Positions 1 to 12,617 of a DNA stretch of 40,367 nt are shown here, in pieces. The translations under genes and the position numbers were made by a program. The notes beneath the pieces were generated by a model. That model ran no database searches. It worked only from the letters and a program-made list of their open reading frames with translations, and was not told the DNA's origin. The stretch is from Diploschistes diacapsis (lineage: Eukaryota), in contig JALAIB010000050.1 in the NCBI GenBank assembly GCA_023645945.1, forward strand, positions 1 through 40,367, given 5' to 3'. Each line of letters begins with the position of its first letter. The first letter of the stretch is position 1.

Positions 1-900
1 CTCCCAACTCCTGCAACACAGCACCGGACACCCACAACACTAGTAGGCACACATACACGAAACCAATAGCAGAGAATATCTAGAGCCCTAGGATATTATT
101 CCTTCATTCTTTCGTACTTTTGGCATTGATACAGATGAATAGGAGCGTAGGCCTTGCGGTTGCGGAGCTTGGACCTGGAGGAGAGACCGGATACGAACGA
201 GAAGAAGTGGTAGGTGGAAACAGAACAATAGAAGATTTGGAACAAGATGAAGGGAGAAGGGAGAGGGGTGCGAGGTTAATGGACTACAGAGACATCCTAA
301 TAATGGGGGAAACGGGAAGAGGGCTTCCGAGAAACATAATACAGGAAAGCTGCTGAGAGCCTTGCGAAGGTAAGAAAAAAGGATAGAGCTAAGTTTTTAA
401 AATAAAAAATAAAAATCTGGGATTGAGGTTATGATGGCAACGGAAGAGCTTCCGCGATTGTTGTGTAGAAGGGAAAGATATTAGCAGCTGTAAGGATTGC
501 GGGGATGATGAGGAGCTTCTGTGAAGCCCCACAGGTTTCAGAATAGAGGCGTAACATGGAGGAGGCTGGAATGCTTATGGAATAGGAAGGGCGGTGAGGA
601 TATGGGAGAACTGCTGAGAACTATCAGGAAGGGAAGATACAACGCAATAAAAAGTGTTAGTAGAGCTCGTATAGAAAGAAGATTATATTATAGAGCTGGG
701 GAGAGGCTAAATATAAATATGTGGAAAATTAGAAGAGCTGCGGGGAGATAGTAGCGCTCCAGAGACTCTAATAAAGGGAAAAAGCGGAGAAATTTGAAAT
801 TTAGAGAGCTATAAGGGATACATTGTGGGTAGAAAAGGGTCTGAAGATATATTCGAGCTTATGAAGCTTTGCTAAACACAAAGCATGTCTAAAGACGTCG
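1..900. repeat. Possible RIP-degraded repeat or gene relic at the left edge
   Basis: Strong purine skew on the + strand, many TAG/TAA/TATA words and stop-interrupted frames. No family recognised. Confidence 0.35.
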
Positions 901-1536
901 GAGATCCCCAGGGGTCCTTTAGAAGGCAAGTAATAATGCAATGTAAGAATGCTGGAGTGCTTCCCAGACACTCATGAATTTAATTGACGGAGCAATGAGG
1001 GGAAGATTTGGTCAAGGGAAGTTGTCAATTGCCGGGGCTAGATGATAGACGAAGTCCCCAGGAAAGTCTCGGGGTTTGACACTGCATTGCAAGCATATCA
1101 TTGTGACTGTCAATCAAACTACTGAGCAGTATTTCAAGCGCCAGTTCGTCAGCTCAGCTACACATGCCAGGCGGTGTCAGGGTCCACGGCAAATCCCGTT
1201 CCCGTGGAAGCTGTTTCTACCAGCAAAGTGCTCTTCAAACCCCCAATTCAAGCCCATTGGCCCCATCACAGAACCGTCCCATAAGTTCCTACCAGACGCT
1301 CCCAAACATACCTCGGAGCTCTTCATGCGTACCGCCCAAATCTCAACTGTAGTAGCTACAAACAAAAGGTAATCCGAAGCAACCCAGACCTCCAACGCTG
1401 TAAGTAGTCCAAGGCAGACGGGCGGTAAGAAGTATCAAGAGGCTAGTCGAAGCATTCAGTGAAAAGCGAACTATAAAGAGGGCAAATGCTGGTTCCAAGT
1501 GGCCATATTGGGGAGGATGAAGTTGCAAGTAGAGAA

Positions 1537-3377
1537 TTAGCCTCCACCGCTGCTACCCTTGCGGGCAGCAGCGGCGGTAACTTTGGAGTCATCGGAGTGA
1601 GCTTTGTCATCTTCGGCATATTTGAAGACGTCGTCGGTAGGATCCGGAGTACCGAAGAGTTCGCGGTCTAGGTCAGCGGCTTCTTTCTGCTTCTGGCTGA
1701 AGGGGGAGGAAGAAGTAGCGACAGCCTTAGCAGCTTTAGCTTTAGCTTTGGCTTCCTTGACCTTGGCTTGGACATTGACAGGGGGTAAGCTAAAGCTTTT
1801 AAAAGTCGCGTCCTCCTTTCCAGTGGTTCTGTACACAGCACCCATGACTTCATCATCTTCATCATCGTCTTTGTCGTTGTCCGCAACTTCGTTCTTCAGT
1901 GAAGGAATCTTGCCACGATCCTTCTTGGTCTTCTTTGCCGGAGACTCCTGCGGAATATCGTCAGATGGAGACGGCTCGTTAGTACCGCGCTTGCGTTTAT
2001 CCTTCTTCTCTTGGGCCTCGCCGGTTTTCCCGCGACGCAACGGAGTACTCTGAATGACCGCAGACCCATGGCTGCCCTCAGAGTCCGACTGGCTAGCGTC
2101 GGGAAGATACCCAATATTCTTAGGTTTTTTGGGAGAAGGCGTAATCGAACGAGCTAAGCCCACACGACGAGGAGGCTGCCATTTCTGTTTGCGAGGCATG
2201 TCGAGCGTGATACTGACTTGTGAGGAAGCTGCTGTGTGAGTAAGAGGAGAAGCTCAAAGAATAGTCTGGAACTCTACCTGTGATAAATTTAGGATCTCGC
2301 CTTCTTCCTCGTATCTCACCGTCAGAGTCGGATGCTTGTTGTTCTGCGTCGACTATCTCACTGTCTTCGTTGAATTTGGGTGATGATCGATCTTGCTCGA
2401 GACGAAGTTGGAGTGAAGGTGTTTGGTTTAGCTCGTTTGCGAAGTAATTTGCAGAGTAATCTCTACGGGGAGAAATGTGCTCTTCATCGGCTGAAACATG
2501 ACACGCATCGTGTTCGCCATCGTGTTCGCTATGTTCGCTTGGAGTCCGCTTTTGCAACTGTGTAATCTTGCGTGGTCTTCCACGGCCCCGCTTGGTCTGG
2601 TGAATAGCAGAAGTTATAGGCGCCGAGTCCGTAGTGACAGTGGGGAATGTCGAGCGTTGTTCAGCAATGATCCCCTTGTGTGCTGTGGAAGTCTCTGTCT
2701 GAGGCATATGCGTGGTGGCAGAAACAGTCCTCTTTCTTGGACGCCCCCGACCCTTTTTCACGCCAGTGGGGTAACATGACTGACTATCCATAGGAACAAC
2801 CGAAAGCTTTCTAGATTTTTCATTCTTTCTAGGTCTTCCCCGTCCCAGTTTCACGGCTGAAAGAGATGGAGCGATAGGGATCATACCGGGCCCTGAGGTT
2901 TCTTCTTTTCTATCTGAACATTAGAACCGCTACTGAAGCAATAAGCAGCTGGTAAATAACATACCTTGGACGGCCTCTCCCACGTTTTTGAGCTATATCA
3001 GCTTCAGAGCTTCCTTGGACGTCTTGAGAAACAACTTCCTTCCTGGGTCTTCCTCTACCCCGACGTGGTGCTCTATTGGTGGGGTTGCTAACCTTGACAA
3101 CTTCAAGGGGATTATCATTTGGATTCCCTTGTTGCTGCGTTATCATCTTCCTTGGTCTGCCCCTCCCGCGAGTTGGAGTATCTTGATGCTGATGTGATTT
3201 ACTTGGCCTGCCAAATCCTTGACTTACTACGCTTTTTCTTTGAGTCTGTGTTCCCGCAGGCTTCGGCGCTTTCCCTGGCTTCCGATTTCCATAGTATATG
3301 TCTTGCCTTGGACGCAGCTTGCGGACTGCTATTCTTGCTGTTGGCGCAGGTTTTTTTTGGGTCTTTCGTCTACCCAT
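1537..3377 (-). CDS. Multi-AT-hook (6x GRGRPRK) low-complexity nuclear/chromatin protein, ~579 aa; exons 3377-2965, 2909-2278, 2231-1537
   Basis: Three ORF-track fragments (2910-3398, 2120-2884, 1537-2199) join in frame through introns 2964-2910 (GTATGT..CTAAT..TAG) and 2277-2232 (GTAGAG..CTCAC..CAG). Spliced length is 1740 nt = 580 codons. There are six GRGRPRK AT-hook cores, one split by intron 1, and a K-rich and acidic C-terminal part. The second intron is weaker, so exon 3 could be a separate gene. Confidence 0.7.
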
Positions 3378-4532
3378 TTCGACGAAATGCTTAATCAATT
3401 AGGCGAAGACTATCGGAAAAGATCAATGTCAGATCACTCCTTTCTCACTGAGCTAAAGTTAGCATTCCATATATACAATATGTTGGAAATCTGCACTTCG
3501 TCTTGTTTGCGCTAAACAGAGACTTGCCGTTGCTTCTCTTGAAGTATCTACCTACCTGCATTTGTCTGTTATTCTGCCTGGCAATTGAGTCCAGGATGTA
3601 TGGGCTCTTGGTAAACCGAGGTCTTTTTTCTGGTCCTAGGGTGGGAGTTAGTATCGAAGTATAACAAAGGTGAGCCTCTGATCACTTACCTGAGAATCAC
3701 TACTCTTTGGAGATATCAAAATAAGATAAGACCATCACTCGACCGAGCCAGAGAACGGAAAGTGTTGCTGTATTGGCAGCGGTGTATAAAGGTGATGTGC
3801 CTGGACGCTAACAAAGTTCCAGGGAAGCTTCCTCAGTAACTGAAGTACTTGAAGACGATATTCGAAGGGGTTTCCGAATCATCTAATTTCATAAGCCAAG
3901 ACAATCAAGTTCGAAGCTGCAAGAGCAACGCCCTGGATAGGATTAATCAAGTGCTGACCATAATATCAAAATAAGCGTATGGGAGCGTAGATGAGATAAA
4001 TGGTATGAGGTTGGACCACTCCGCTACCATACTGGTGAATATCTGGCTTCGAATACTGACATTCGTGGGTGGCCTTAGAGCACTTGCTCTCTACTCTTGT
4101 TTTCGTTTTAGGGTCACATTCGGCAATGAAAAGTAACTTACTTTTTCTACTGAGCAGGGGGGCTTGATGGTCACAAAAGAGCAAGTAAGAGCCAAAGCAT
4201 AATGAGAAGAGGACTTTGTGAACGTGAGTTTTTCAAGTTTTCGAGTGTGCAGCGAACACTGATGTGCTGGACGTGCCATTTGCATGAGCACGCAATAATA
4301 GACATACCACCTTAACTGCTCCCTTGTATCGCGCAAATGTTGAACCCATCCCTTATCAGCATACCGGACATGTCTCCATGCAGCCGAAGAGAAATACGAA
4401 GAAACCGTGACTGAAATTGAGCCAGCTGAAGAAGAGAGCAAATCGTCTGAGCGTCTTCGCTACCTGCCGAACCGCTTTTGTAAAGTTCCTCTAATCTCAA
4501 TCCGGCATTACTAGCTAGAACGAAATGGCTGT

Positions 4533-5526
<994 letters not shown>

Positions 5527-5537
5527 CTTGATCAAGT

Positions 5538-5803
5538 CTATACGCCTAGGCGTCAGCACGTGAGCGTTATGAAGATGTTGCTTTTCCTCATCATGGAATG
5601 AGTAGCAGCATCTGGATAACAACCATGTTATAACCATATACGTCCTAAGATCCGGAGCTCGGCCACGTGCTCTGGGACAAAGGCATGACAAGCTACCTAT
5701 TGGCACTGCTAATCTGACCAGGCTAAAGAGGCCGGGTCTCAATGGCTTGCAGCAGACTTGCAGTTTGCTACCAGGCGCTGCCTGTGGAGATAGGATTTCT
5801 TAC
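5538..5803 (-). other. 5'-UTR intron (266 nt) of the 14-3-3 gene
   Basis: Donor AAG|GTAAGA at 5803, branch GCTGAC at 5557-5552, acceptor TAG at 5540-5538, 11 nt upstream of the ATG. Confidence 0.7.
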
Positions 5804-6632
5804 CTTCTGATAGGAATTTAGGGTCAGTGTGTGTGAAAAGCTCGGCGAAAATCTGTTGTGTGAGAAGATGAGTTGGAATTCAATGATAGAAGGCCAATTC
5901 AAGGAGGACTATATACCTATCAAGAGCTTTAATCTGAGGTTTCGCAAGTTGTTGAGGAGAGGTTAGCGCTACAACCAAAAGTTGATAGAAATTGGGACGG
6001 CCAGCGTTGATAGAGCGTGAAGTTCCCGGGGTATGCGCTAAGTCCAACGGGGGGTTAAGTTACTGCGAGACAAAATTCAGCCTTGGGCTGTAGAGGAGGA
6101 CAAATCTGAAGACAAGAACCGAAAGAACGATCCTTTCTTATGATATGATGTTTTGCTACTTGCATTTATCAGGCCTTTTACGAGTCTTTGATTCGTGCTC
6201 TCGGAGGCTCCCAATCATTCCATTAATGCAATGCCGCTACATAAGAAACAAGGACAACGCACTACTACGGGTTGTCAATCACAACATCTGGCCCAAGACC
6301 AGCCCAGCATCTAGGCAGCCGTTTGAAGCCTTTCTCGATCCTCAAACAGGGAATGCAAAAATATGCAAACTAAAGTCGCCCTGTTACGGGAAGATTGGTA
6401 CTTGTCTATAGGATATAGGGAAATGGCCCAGACAAATGTCCCAGACAATCTTTTCTGGCATGAGCCACTCACGTGACTCAGCCCTCCCGTAGCATGACGT
6501 TGAGCCAAAGGCGGAAGCTGCTCTAGTCTAGTTACCTTTGGAGGCACCTCTGCAACTAGAGACAATCAAACATCAGCAATCCCATTTCTACAAGACTTCT
6601 CTCACCAATTAAACCCCATTCCAAGGCCGAAC

Positions 6633-7128
6633 ATGATGCGCCAAGCTGTTAAGAGACACGCTCTGCCAGCTCTACGCAGCTCCGTCAACTCCCAAAAGCG
6701 AGGGTTTGCCATCTCAGCTTGCAGAATGGCAGAGGGTGCCACAGGCGCCACTCGTGCGGGAGGAGCAGCATCAAGGTAAACCTATATACACAATCCTGCC
6801 ATCACTCAAGAAGCTCCACTGAAACATTCGTAATTAGTGACTCCTTCAGCAAACGTGAAAAGGCAAATGAGGATATGGCAATCAAGAACAGGGAAAGGGA
6901 AAAGTAGGCGCTCAATAGCCGGCCGACTTGGTGGTGCAAGGCAAGCTATTGTTGACACTATACAGGCTCATGGCGTTGAAGGCGAAGGTCGAGGCTCAGC
7001 AGAAGCATCTGAAGGATCTCAGCGACCACATGTGCGTATCCCAACTTTGCGTCCATCAACTAGTGGCTCGCCTAATAATTCACAGCGATCAAATGTCTGT
7101 GGAGCAAGAAGGAAGCGAGAAGAAATAA
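6633..7128 (+). CDS. INH1: Mitochondrial F1Fo-ATPase inhibitor (IF1/Inh1 family), 105 aa; exons 6633-6775, 6838-6903, 6966-7031, 7086-7128
   Basis: An R/S-rich presequence is followed by EGATGATRAGGAASSDSFSKREKANEDMAIKNREREKLMALKAKVEAQQKHL, matching the IATP motif F.KRE.A.E. Three GT-AG introns; spliced length 318 nt. The ORF track does not show it as a whole. Confidence 0.93.
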
Positions 7129-7399
7129 GAAACCCAGGCATTGTTACGTGCAGTCGGTCACCATATGGGAATTTGTAATATAGAAAGGCTGGATTTTTCA
7201 CTTCCCGATGCCGTTGTCACTACGGATCATTTCGATATCATTTCAATGCTAGCGTTGTGTAGGCTCTCTACTTCAACCATCTTACAATACAAACTGATTC
7301 ATGGTATGTAATAATGTACATTGTTGCTGTGACATGACCACATGCAGAACCAAGCTGTAATTAAAACCAAACCGAGCCTATCCTAGATCTCCAGTAGTC

Positions 7400-9644
7400 C
7401 TAACGCCTGCCCATGTACGATTTGTAGAAGTCATCCACGGCGTCGCTTCCGGGACCAGTGAGGCCAGTTATGCCACGGATACCGCGACCTTCCTGCTGTG
7501 CTGCGTCAATCCTTGCCTGCAGTGCTGCAGTTCCCTGATCAATCAGCTGCAGCTGTGTCAAGTGGCCATTGAGCACCCGGACGATGTGTGACAACTTTAA
7601 AGAGTAAGCATCAGTGCTCATTGAACCGGATTTGGCTTGAGAGAAGGAGCTTACCGGATCGTCAGCCTTATGGGTCTTGTTCAGCGCTTCAGTAGACGCA
7701 TTGATCTCATCAATCATCCCTATCAGATCCTTGCCCATCTCCTCGAGACGATCGGAGAGTTTTTCAGCAAGTTTGTAACTAAGAAAAGTTAGCTCAGAAC
7801 AGTCATTTAGAGCATGTCAGTGACACCCACGTCCTTTCTCGTTCCTGGTCTGGCCCCTGGAACGAGTCACTTTGTCCTACTTGGTTAATCATCAATTCGT
7901 CAACCTGTTTCTCGTATTGGTTCAGCCAAAATTCTAACTCTTCTTGATCATTCTCAACCGACGATAACTGCCTCTCGACCTCGATTGCAGCCCGTTCTGA
8001 CTCCAAAGTGCTACCGTACAGTTTCTGGATCTTGTCGGAATTATCAACCAGCATTCTGTCCCACTCAGCAACCTTCTCGGCCTGCTTCTGAAACTCTTTC
8101 TGGAATTTAGAAAGGTCAGAAGCCCAGCGGGTGATGATCTCGTCCATCGACTTGTTTTTGAGTCGTGACTGGGGTGTCGGTTTCGGCCCAGCCGTTGACG
8201 CCCCTAGACTAGCGGGCTTAGAGCCATCGGTGGCGCATGTGGGGGCTGAATCTTGCCTCGTACCCTCTGTAGTTGAAGCCAACATACTTGGTGGGGGGCC
8301 CATACCAAATAGAGCAGCTGATGGCGTAGGGGCTCCTGTAGAAGCTATTGTTGCAGAACTGGTCGTGGCACTGGACGAGCTGTGTGTTGCTTTACCCTTG
8401 TCTGCTTGACCACTCATTGAGAATAGCCCGGTTCCAGGTGCGGCTGAGGGTGCAAGTGCTGCAGAAGGCGTCACTGAGGTAGAACCTGTTCCTAGAGTAA
8501 ATGGGCTTGTGGCTGGCGCACTTGGTCCTGAAGCGGGCGTTGGCTTCTGACCTGTGGCGGGAGGAAATATCGAGCTTTGACTAGCTGGCGCTGAGGCTTT
8601 GGTAGCACTAGTGGAAAAAAGAGAAGATGCAGCAGGTTGAGCTGCAGGGCTTGAAGATGGCTTCTGTCCTCCAAGACTAGAGAATAAATTCCCTGTTGCA
8701 TTTGGCTGTGCAGATTGCCCGGCTTCTGCTTTAGGTTTTTGGGCATCCTGCGAAGCGGTAACGAGTGAACTCGAGGGCGCAGTACCCGTGGAGGCGCCAA
8801 AATTTCCTCCAAAGACATTGGACGGCGCGCTGGATTGTGCTGTGCGGAATAGACCTGAAGCCGGAGCAGCAGATGAAGCTTGCGGCTTTTGACCAAACAG
8901 ATCATTTGTGTTTGAGAAGCTAGCGTTGCCAAAGAGACTCGAAGTGCTCGCAGTGGTGGCCGGTGCAGCCGAACCTTGGGAGGCGCCTTGATTTGACGTT
9001 CCTCCACCAAACATGCTATGTGACGGCTGTGGTTTGGCTGGACCGAACATTGAGGGTGCAGAATTTCCAGTGGTAGCTGGAGGAGGGCCTGCCGGTGTGG
9101 TCGAGGGATTGTTTCCAACCGAGAAAAGGCCACCCGGTTTATTTGATGCAGGCGTGGTTGTGCCTGCTGCCGTAGCACTTGTTGACCCTAAACCGCCAAA
9201 GGGATTTCCCGGCAAACTGTTACCTGAACCATCGGTGTTTGCTCCCATATTGAACATTAGCTTTGGGGTGTTGCTGCTTGCATTTGACTCCAAGGCTTTG
9301 TTGGGAGTCGAATAAGCTGAAAAGGGTGACGGGTTATTGATTCCACCTCCTGTCCCGGCTTCATTCGAAGCTCCTACAGTTCCAAAAAAAAATGGCGAGG
9401 CGGTTGAAGTGCTAGTGGTAGTTGTAGAATTACCTGCACCACCAAAAAGGCTCCCGCTAGAGCTAGGTGTTGAAGTTGTCGCTGCGTCGGAGCCGAAAAG
9501 ATTACCCCCCACAGAAGGCTTTCCTCCTCCAAAACTCGCTCTCCCGCCGGAGGTATTGGTGTTACCAAAAAAGCTACCTCCGCCGGTTGTTGAAGGAGAA
9601 GGAAATGAAAAAGTAGGGGCCGATGTCTTGGGTGGATCTGCCAT
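7400..9644 (-). CDS. NSP1: Nucleoporin Nsp1 (Nup62 family), 710 aa; exons 9644-7831, 7778-7655, 7594-7400
   Basis: FG-rich S/T/A/G low-complexity N-terminus plus the Nsp1_C coiled coil (SRLKNKSMDEIITRWASDL..QAEKVAEWDRMLVDN, DQERERTYKLAEKL, LSHIVRVLNGHLTQLQLID). Introns 7830-7779 and 7654-7595. Confidence 0.96.
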
Positions 9645-10032
9645 TGTGGAATGCTTGTGCTTTCAAACAAGGTATCAGCTGATCACGAAAGCAGCGCAAT
9701 AGATACCCCTAGCCGTATGTACAAACCTCAACACGAATTGACCATTACCGACTTGTCGACCCCCTTGCAGTTTGCTCGGTTGTCGTTCGACAAATTATTT
9801 TGAAGTTCGTCGTCGCGCATTACAGATTACAGGCGCGTCGCGACCACCTTTAGAACAACGGGCCGACACGGTCCGTGCTCTGCTCTACCTTCACCCGAGC
9901 CGAACGCCCGCAGCATTGCCGTGTGCTTTCACTACTACGTTGTACATTACACTTTTAGACAGGAAGATTATCGACTTCCTGCTCATCCTTCAAACTACCC
10001 CCTTCGTTGCAAGCATTGCAGGCCAAAGTATT

Positions 10033-11822
10033 ATGGCAGGACCACAGCCGCCAAAGAGTCCCACGCTCATTGTTCCAAGGAAGAGCGTTGAATTAGAGGA
10101 TCCTGGAGCTCATGAGCTAGGTAAATCTGAGAACAGGACTGCATGATGGCTCAGCATGATTCTGACCATCTCAACAGAATCTTCGAACGACGAAGAAGAT
10201 GTCTATGCCGATGCTCAGGAGGGTGATGGATCTCCGGCTTCACCTATTCCTGTGACACGAGTTGAGAAGGTTGACGATGATCCTCGTCATGGGGATGTAC
10301 CGGGAACCGAGGCTTATAATAAGAGGACCCAAGACGCAAGACCAGACGAAATTGCGGTCATACCAGAGGGCACGAAAAATCGACCGCCACCAATTGCGAT
10401 AGGATCATCACCTGTTGCTTCGGCCCAACATTCACCAATTCCAATGACCCGGGTAGAGAAGGTTGATCCCTCGTCGCCTAGTCATGGAGAAATACCTGGT
10501 ACACCGGCTCATGCAAAGCGGAGGGCGGACGCTGTACCAGACGTTATTGTGAAAGCGCCGGAACCAGGCAGCCCTTCTTTCATGGAGGAGGTTCCCAAGG
10601 AGCCAAGTCACCAGGAGATTCCCAAGACCGTCATAACAAGAGTTGACTCGGAACCAAGTCACGGGGAGGTGCCAGGTACGGAAGCCTACAATCTACGTGC
10701 ACGCGATGCAGAACCTGACATCCTTGAGAAGAAGGAGGACGTTCCGAGTAAGCACCCATTCTGAGTTCATAGGGACAAGATATGAACGCTGTATCACAGA
10801 TCCGAATCCCCACCAATGACAGCGATGTACCAAAGCTTCTTCTCACCAATCGCCGAAGATGGGGGCTTCGGCCCGATGTACTCGGAAGAGGATAACAGCG
10901 ATCACCACGATGATGACGAAGAAGCTGAGAACGACTTTGAAGAGTTCAAAGAAGGTGCCGATGTTGATGATGATTTTGGAGATTTTGACGATGGGTTCCA
11001 GGAGACAAATGAGTCGGAGGGGTCATCCCCTGTTCAGCCTGTTTCTTCCCATTTGCCACCGTTTGTTAGTCAAACAACCAATACTCACCCCCCTTTTGAG
11101 TTCACCTATAAAACTAACCGTCCTTTACGAAGCCTGTCCTAGAATTCGCATCTTTAGATTCCCTAGACTCGATAATCGAAGCCATCACTTCTCACTGCGC
11201 AGCCTTGTTCCCTTCCACCAACGACCTTCCCGATCCCCCAGAACCTCTCCCGGAAACCAACTCCGCCTTCCTCAGCGAACGTTCCCATTCTTTATGGTCA
11301 CAGCTCGTTGCTCCGCCTCCTCTTCAACCTCCGAACTGGGTTCGCTCTCGAATACGTAGGCTATTTCTCGTATCCCTTGGCGTTCCAGTAGATCTTGACG
11401 AAATCCTCCCCAAATCAAAGCAAAAGAAATTAGTACTACCCTACACCTCTGCCGAATCAAAACACGACCGAAAATCATCATCCACGCGCCTAAAGGCCGA
11501 TGCAGGCAACGGCGCAGATTCTCACCCCTCGACCCCTGGCGCTGTCAAATCTACCTCCAAAAAACGCAAAGGGCCTCCGCCTCCACCGGATTTTGACATG
11601 GCGGAGGTTCGGGCCCTATGCTCCAAGACAGAGGCCGATCTAGAGAATCTGGACGATAGGGAGCTGAAGGCTCATGTCAAGCAGCTAGAGGAGCTGGTGG
11701 AGCGGGGAAAAGAGGTCTTGCAGTATTGGATCCGGAGGAAGGAGGCGGCAGTAGGGGATAAGGAAGCATTTGATGGGGTGATTGAAAATTTGGTCAGGCA
11801 TGCCAGGAAGGTTAGGAAGTAG
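10033..11822 (+). CDS. LAA2: Laa2/YBL010C (DUF5102)-like AP-1 accessory protein, ~529 aa; exons 10033-10120, 10178-10747, ~10823-11064, 11133-11822
   Basis: C-terminal block FLSERSHSLWSQLVAPPPLQPPNWVRSRIRRLFLVSLGVPVDLDEILP, as I recall it from DUF5102. Acidic region with FGDF and FGPM gamma-adaptin-ear-type motifs. Introns 1 and 3 are clear; the intron-2 acceptor is uncertain. Confidence 0.8.
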
Positions 11823-12617
11823 GGTGCAGTTAATTTGCCTTTTTATATTCATCCTAGGGCTCTTGCTTCATTGGCCTGAGCCTGGCTCCTACAGTTCTGG
11901 TCGAGAATGGCATTGCTCCAATACCTTTTGTGATACTCAGCTTTGGTAAAGTAGTGTATCATATTAGAAGGTACCAAGATCATTATGAGGTATGGAGTAA
12001 ACAACGCTTCGGTTCAAAACCATTTCATTCATCCCCAGTACTCAATGACCATATCGCCATAAATTAGCGATGCTAACCTGTATCGAAATATCGCGTAAGA
12101 TTCAAGCTCTTAATGATTTCTTTTTATAAGAAAATATCAAGCGTTGATTATACGGTGCGAATGTGTCGTTTAGAAGCGTTAGGATATTTACAGGCACCGA
12201 AGTGCCCGCAACCTGCTGATGTACAAGGTAAAATCCCATTATCTGTATCTATACTTTTTCGCTCACACAGATGCTTAAGATAAATATCAGCTGACGAAAA
12301 TTTTCTGGTAGCTGTGAGAAACATATGCGCGAGGGACACCACCAATGTACATAGATGGTTTTCTTAACGCTGACAGAGATTCGACGCTTGAGACCTTGTA
12401 CCATTTCCCCCGACTCAAATAGTGTGATATCTAGTTCCTGCAAGTAATAACATATTCTCAATGCCGAAATGGTGACCTAATGACGGCATTACGGAACTTT
12501 TATTGACTTTCCCGACTATCTCCTGCAGTATCGATACTTTTCATTGCCCTCATTTCAAACCACTACCTTCCAAACTCCATCTCTCTCGAACCCCACCGCC
12601 ACTCAAGAACCCGCACA

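Noticed and set aside
440..680. FRDCCVEGK and IRKGRYN, reminiscent of Helitron N-terminal motifs; also ICHYCEALY at ~35075
   Set aside because: The motifs are isolated, in different frames or wrongly spaced, with no Rep or helicase motifs nearby.
5553..5594. C-box ATGATGA and D-box CTGA on the - strand within the 14-3-3 leader intron (possible C/D snoRNA)
   Set aside because: The span is only ~42 nt, the CTGA is the intron branch site, and there is no terminal stem.
5527..5742. ORF-track N-terminal extension of 14-3-3 (MRPGLFSL..)
   Set aside because: It lies within the predicted 5'-UTR intron. Family homology starts at ATG 5526.
8131..9702. Several antisense or alternative-frame ORFs over NSP1 (and similar ones over PSY4, NDUFAF3, LAA2 and the AT-hook gene)
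   Set aside because: They are shadow ORFs of GC-rich low-complexity coding sequence with no independent motifs.
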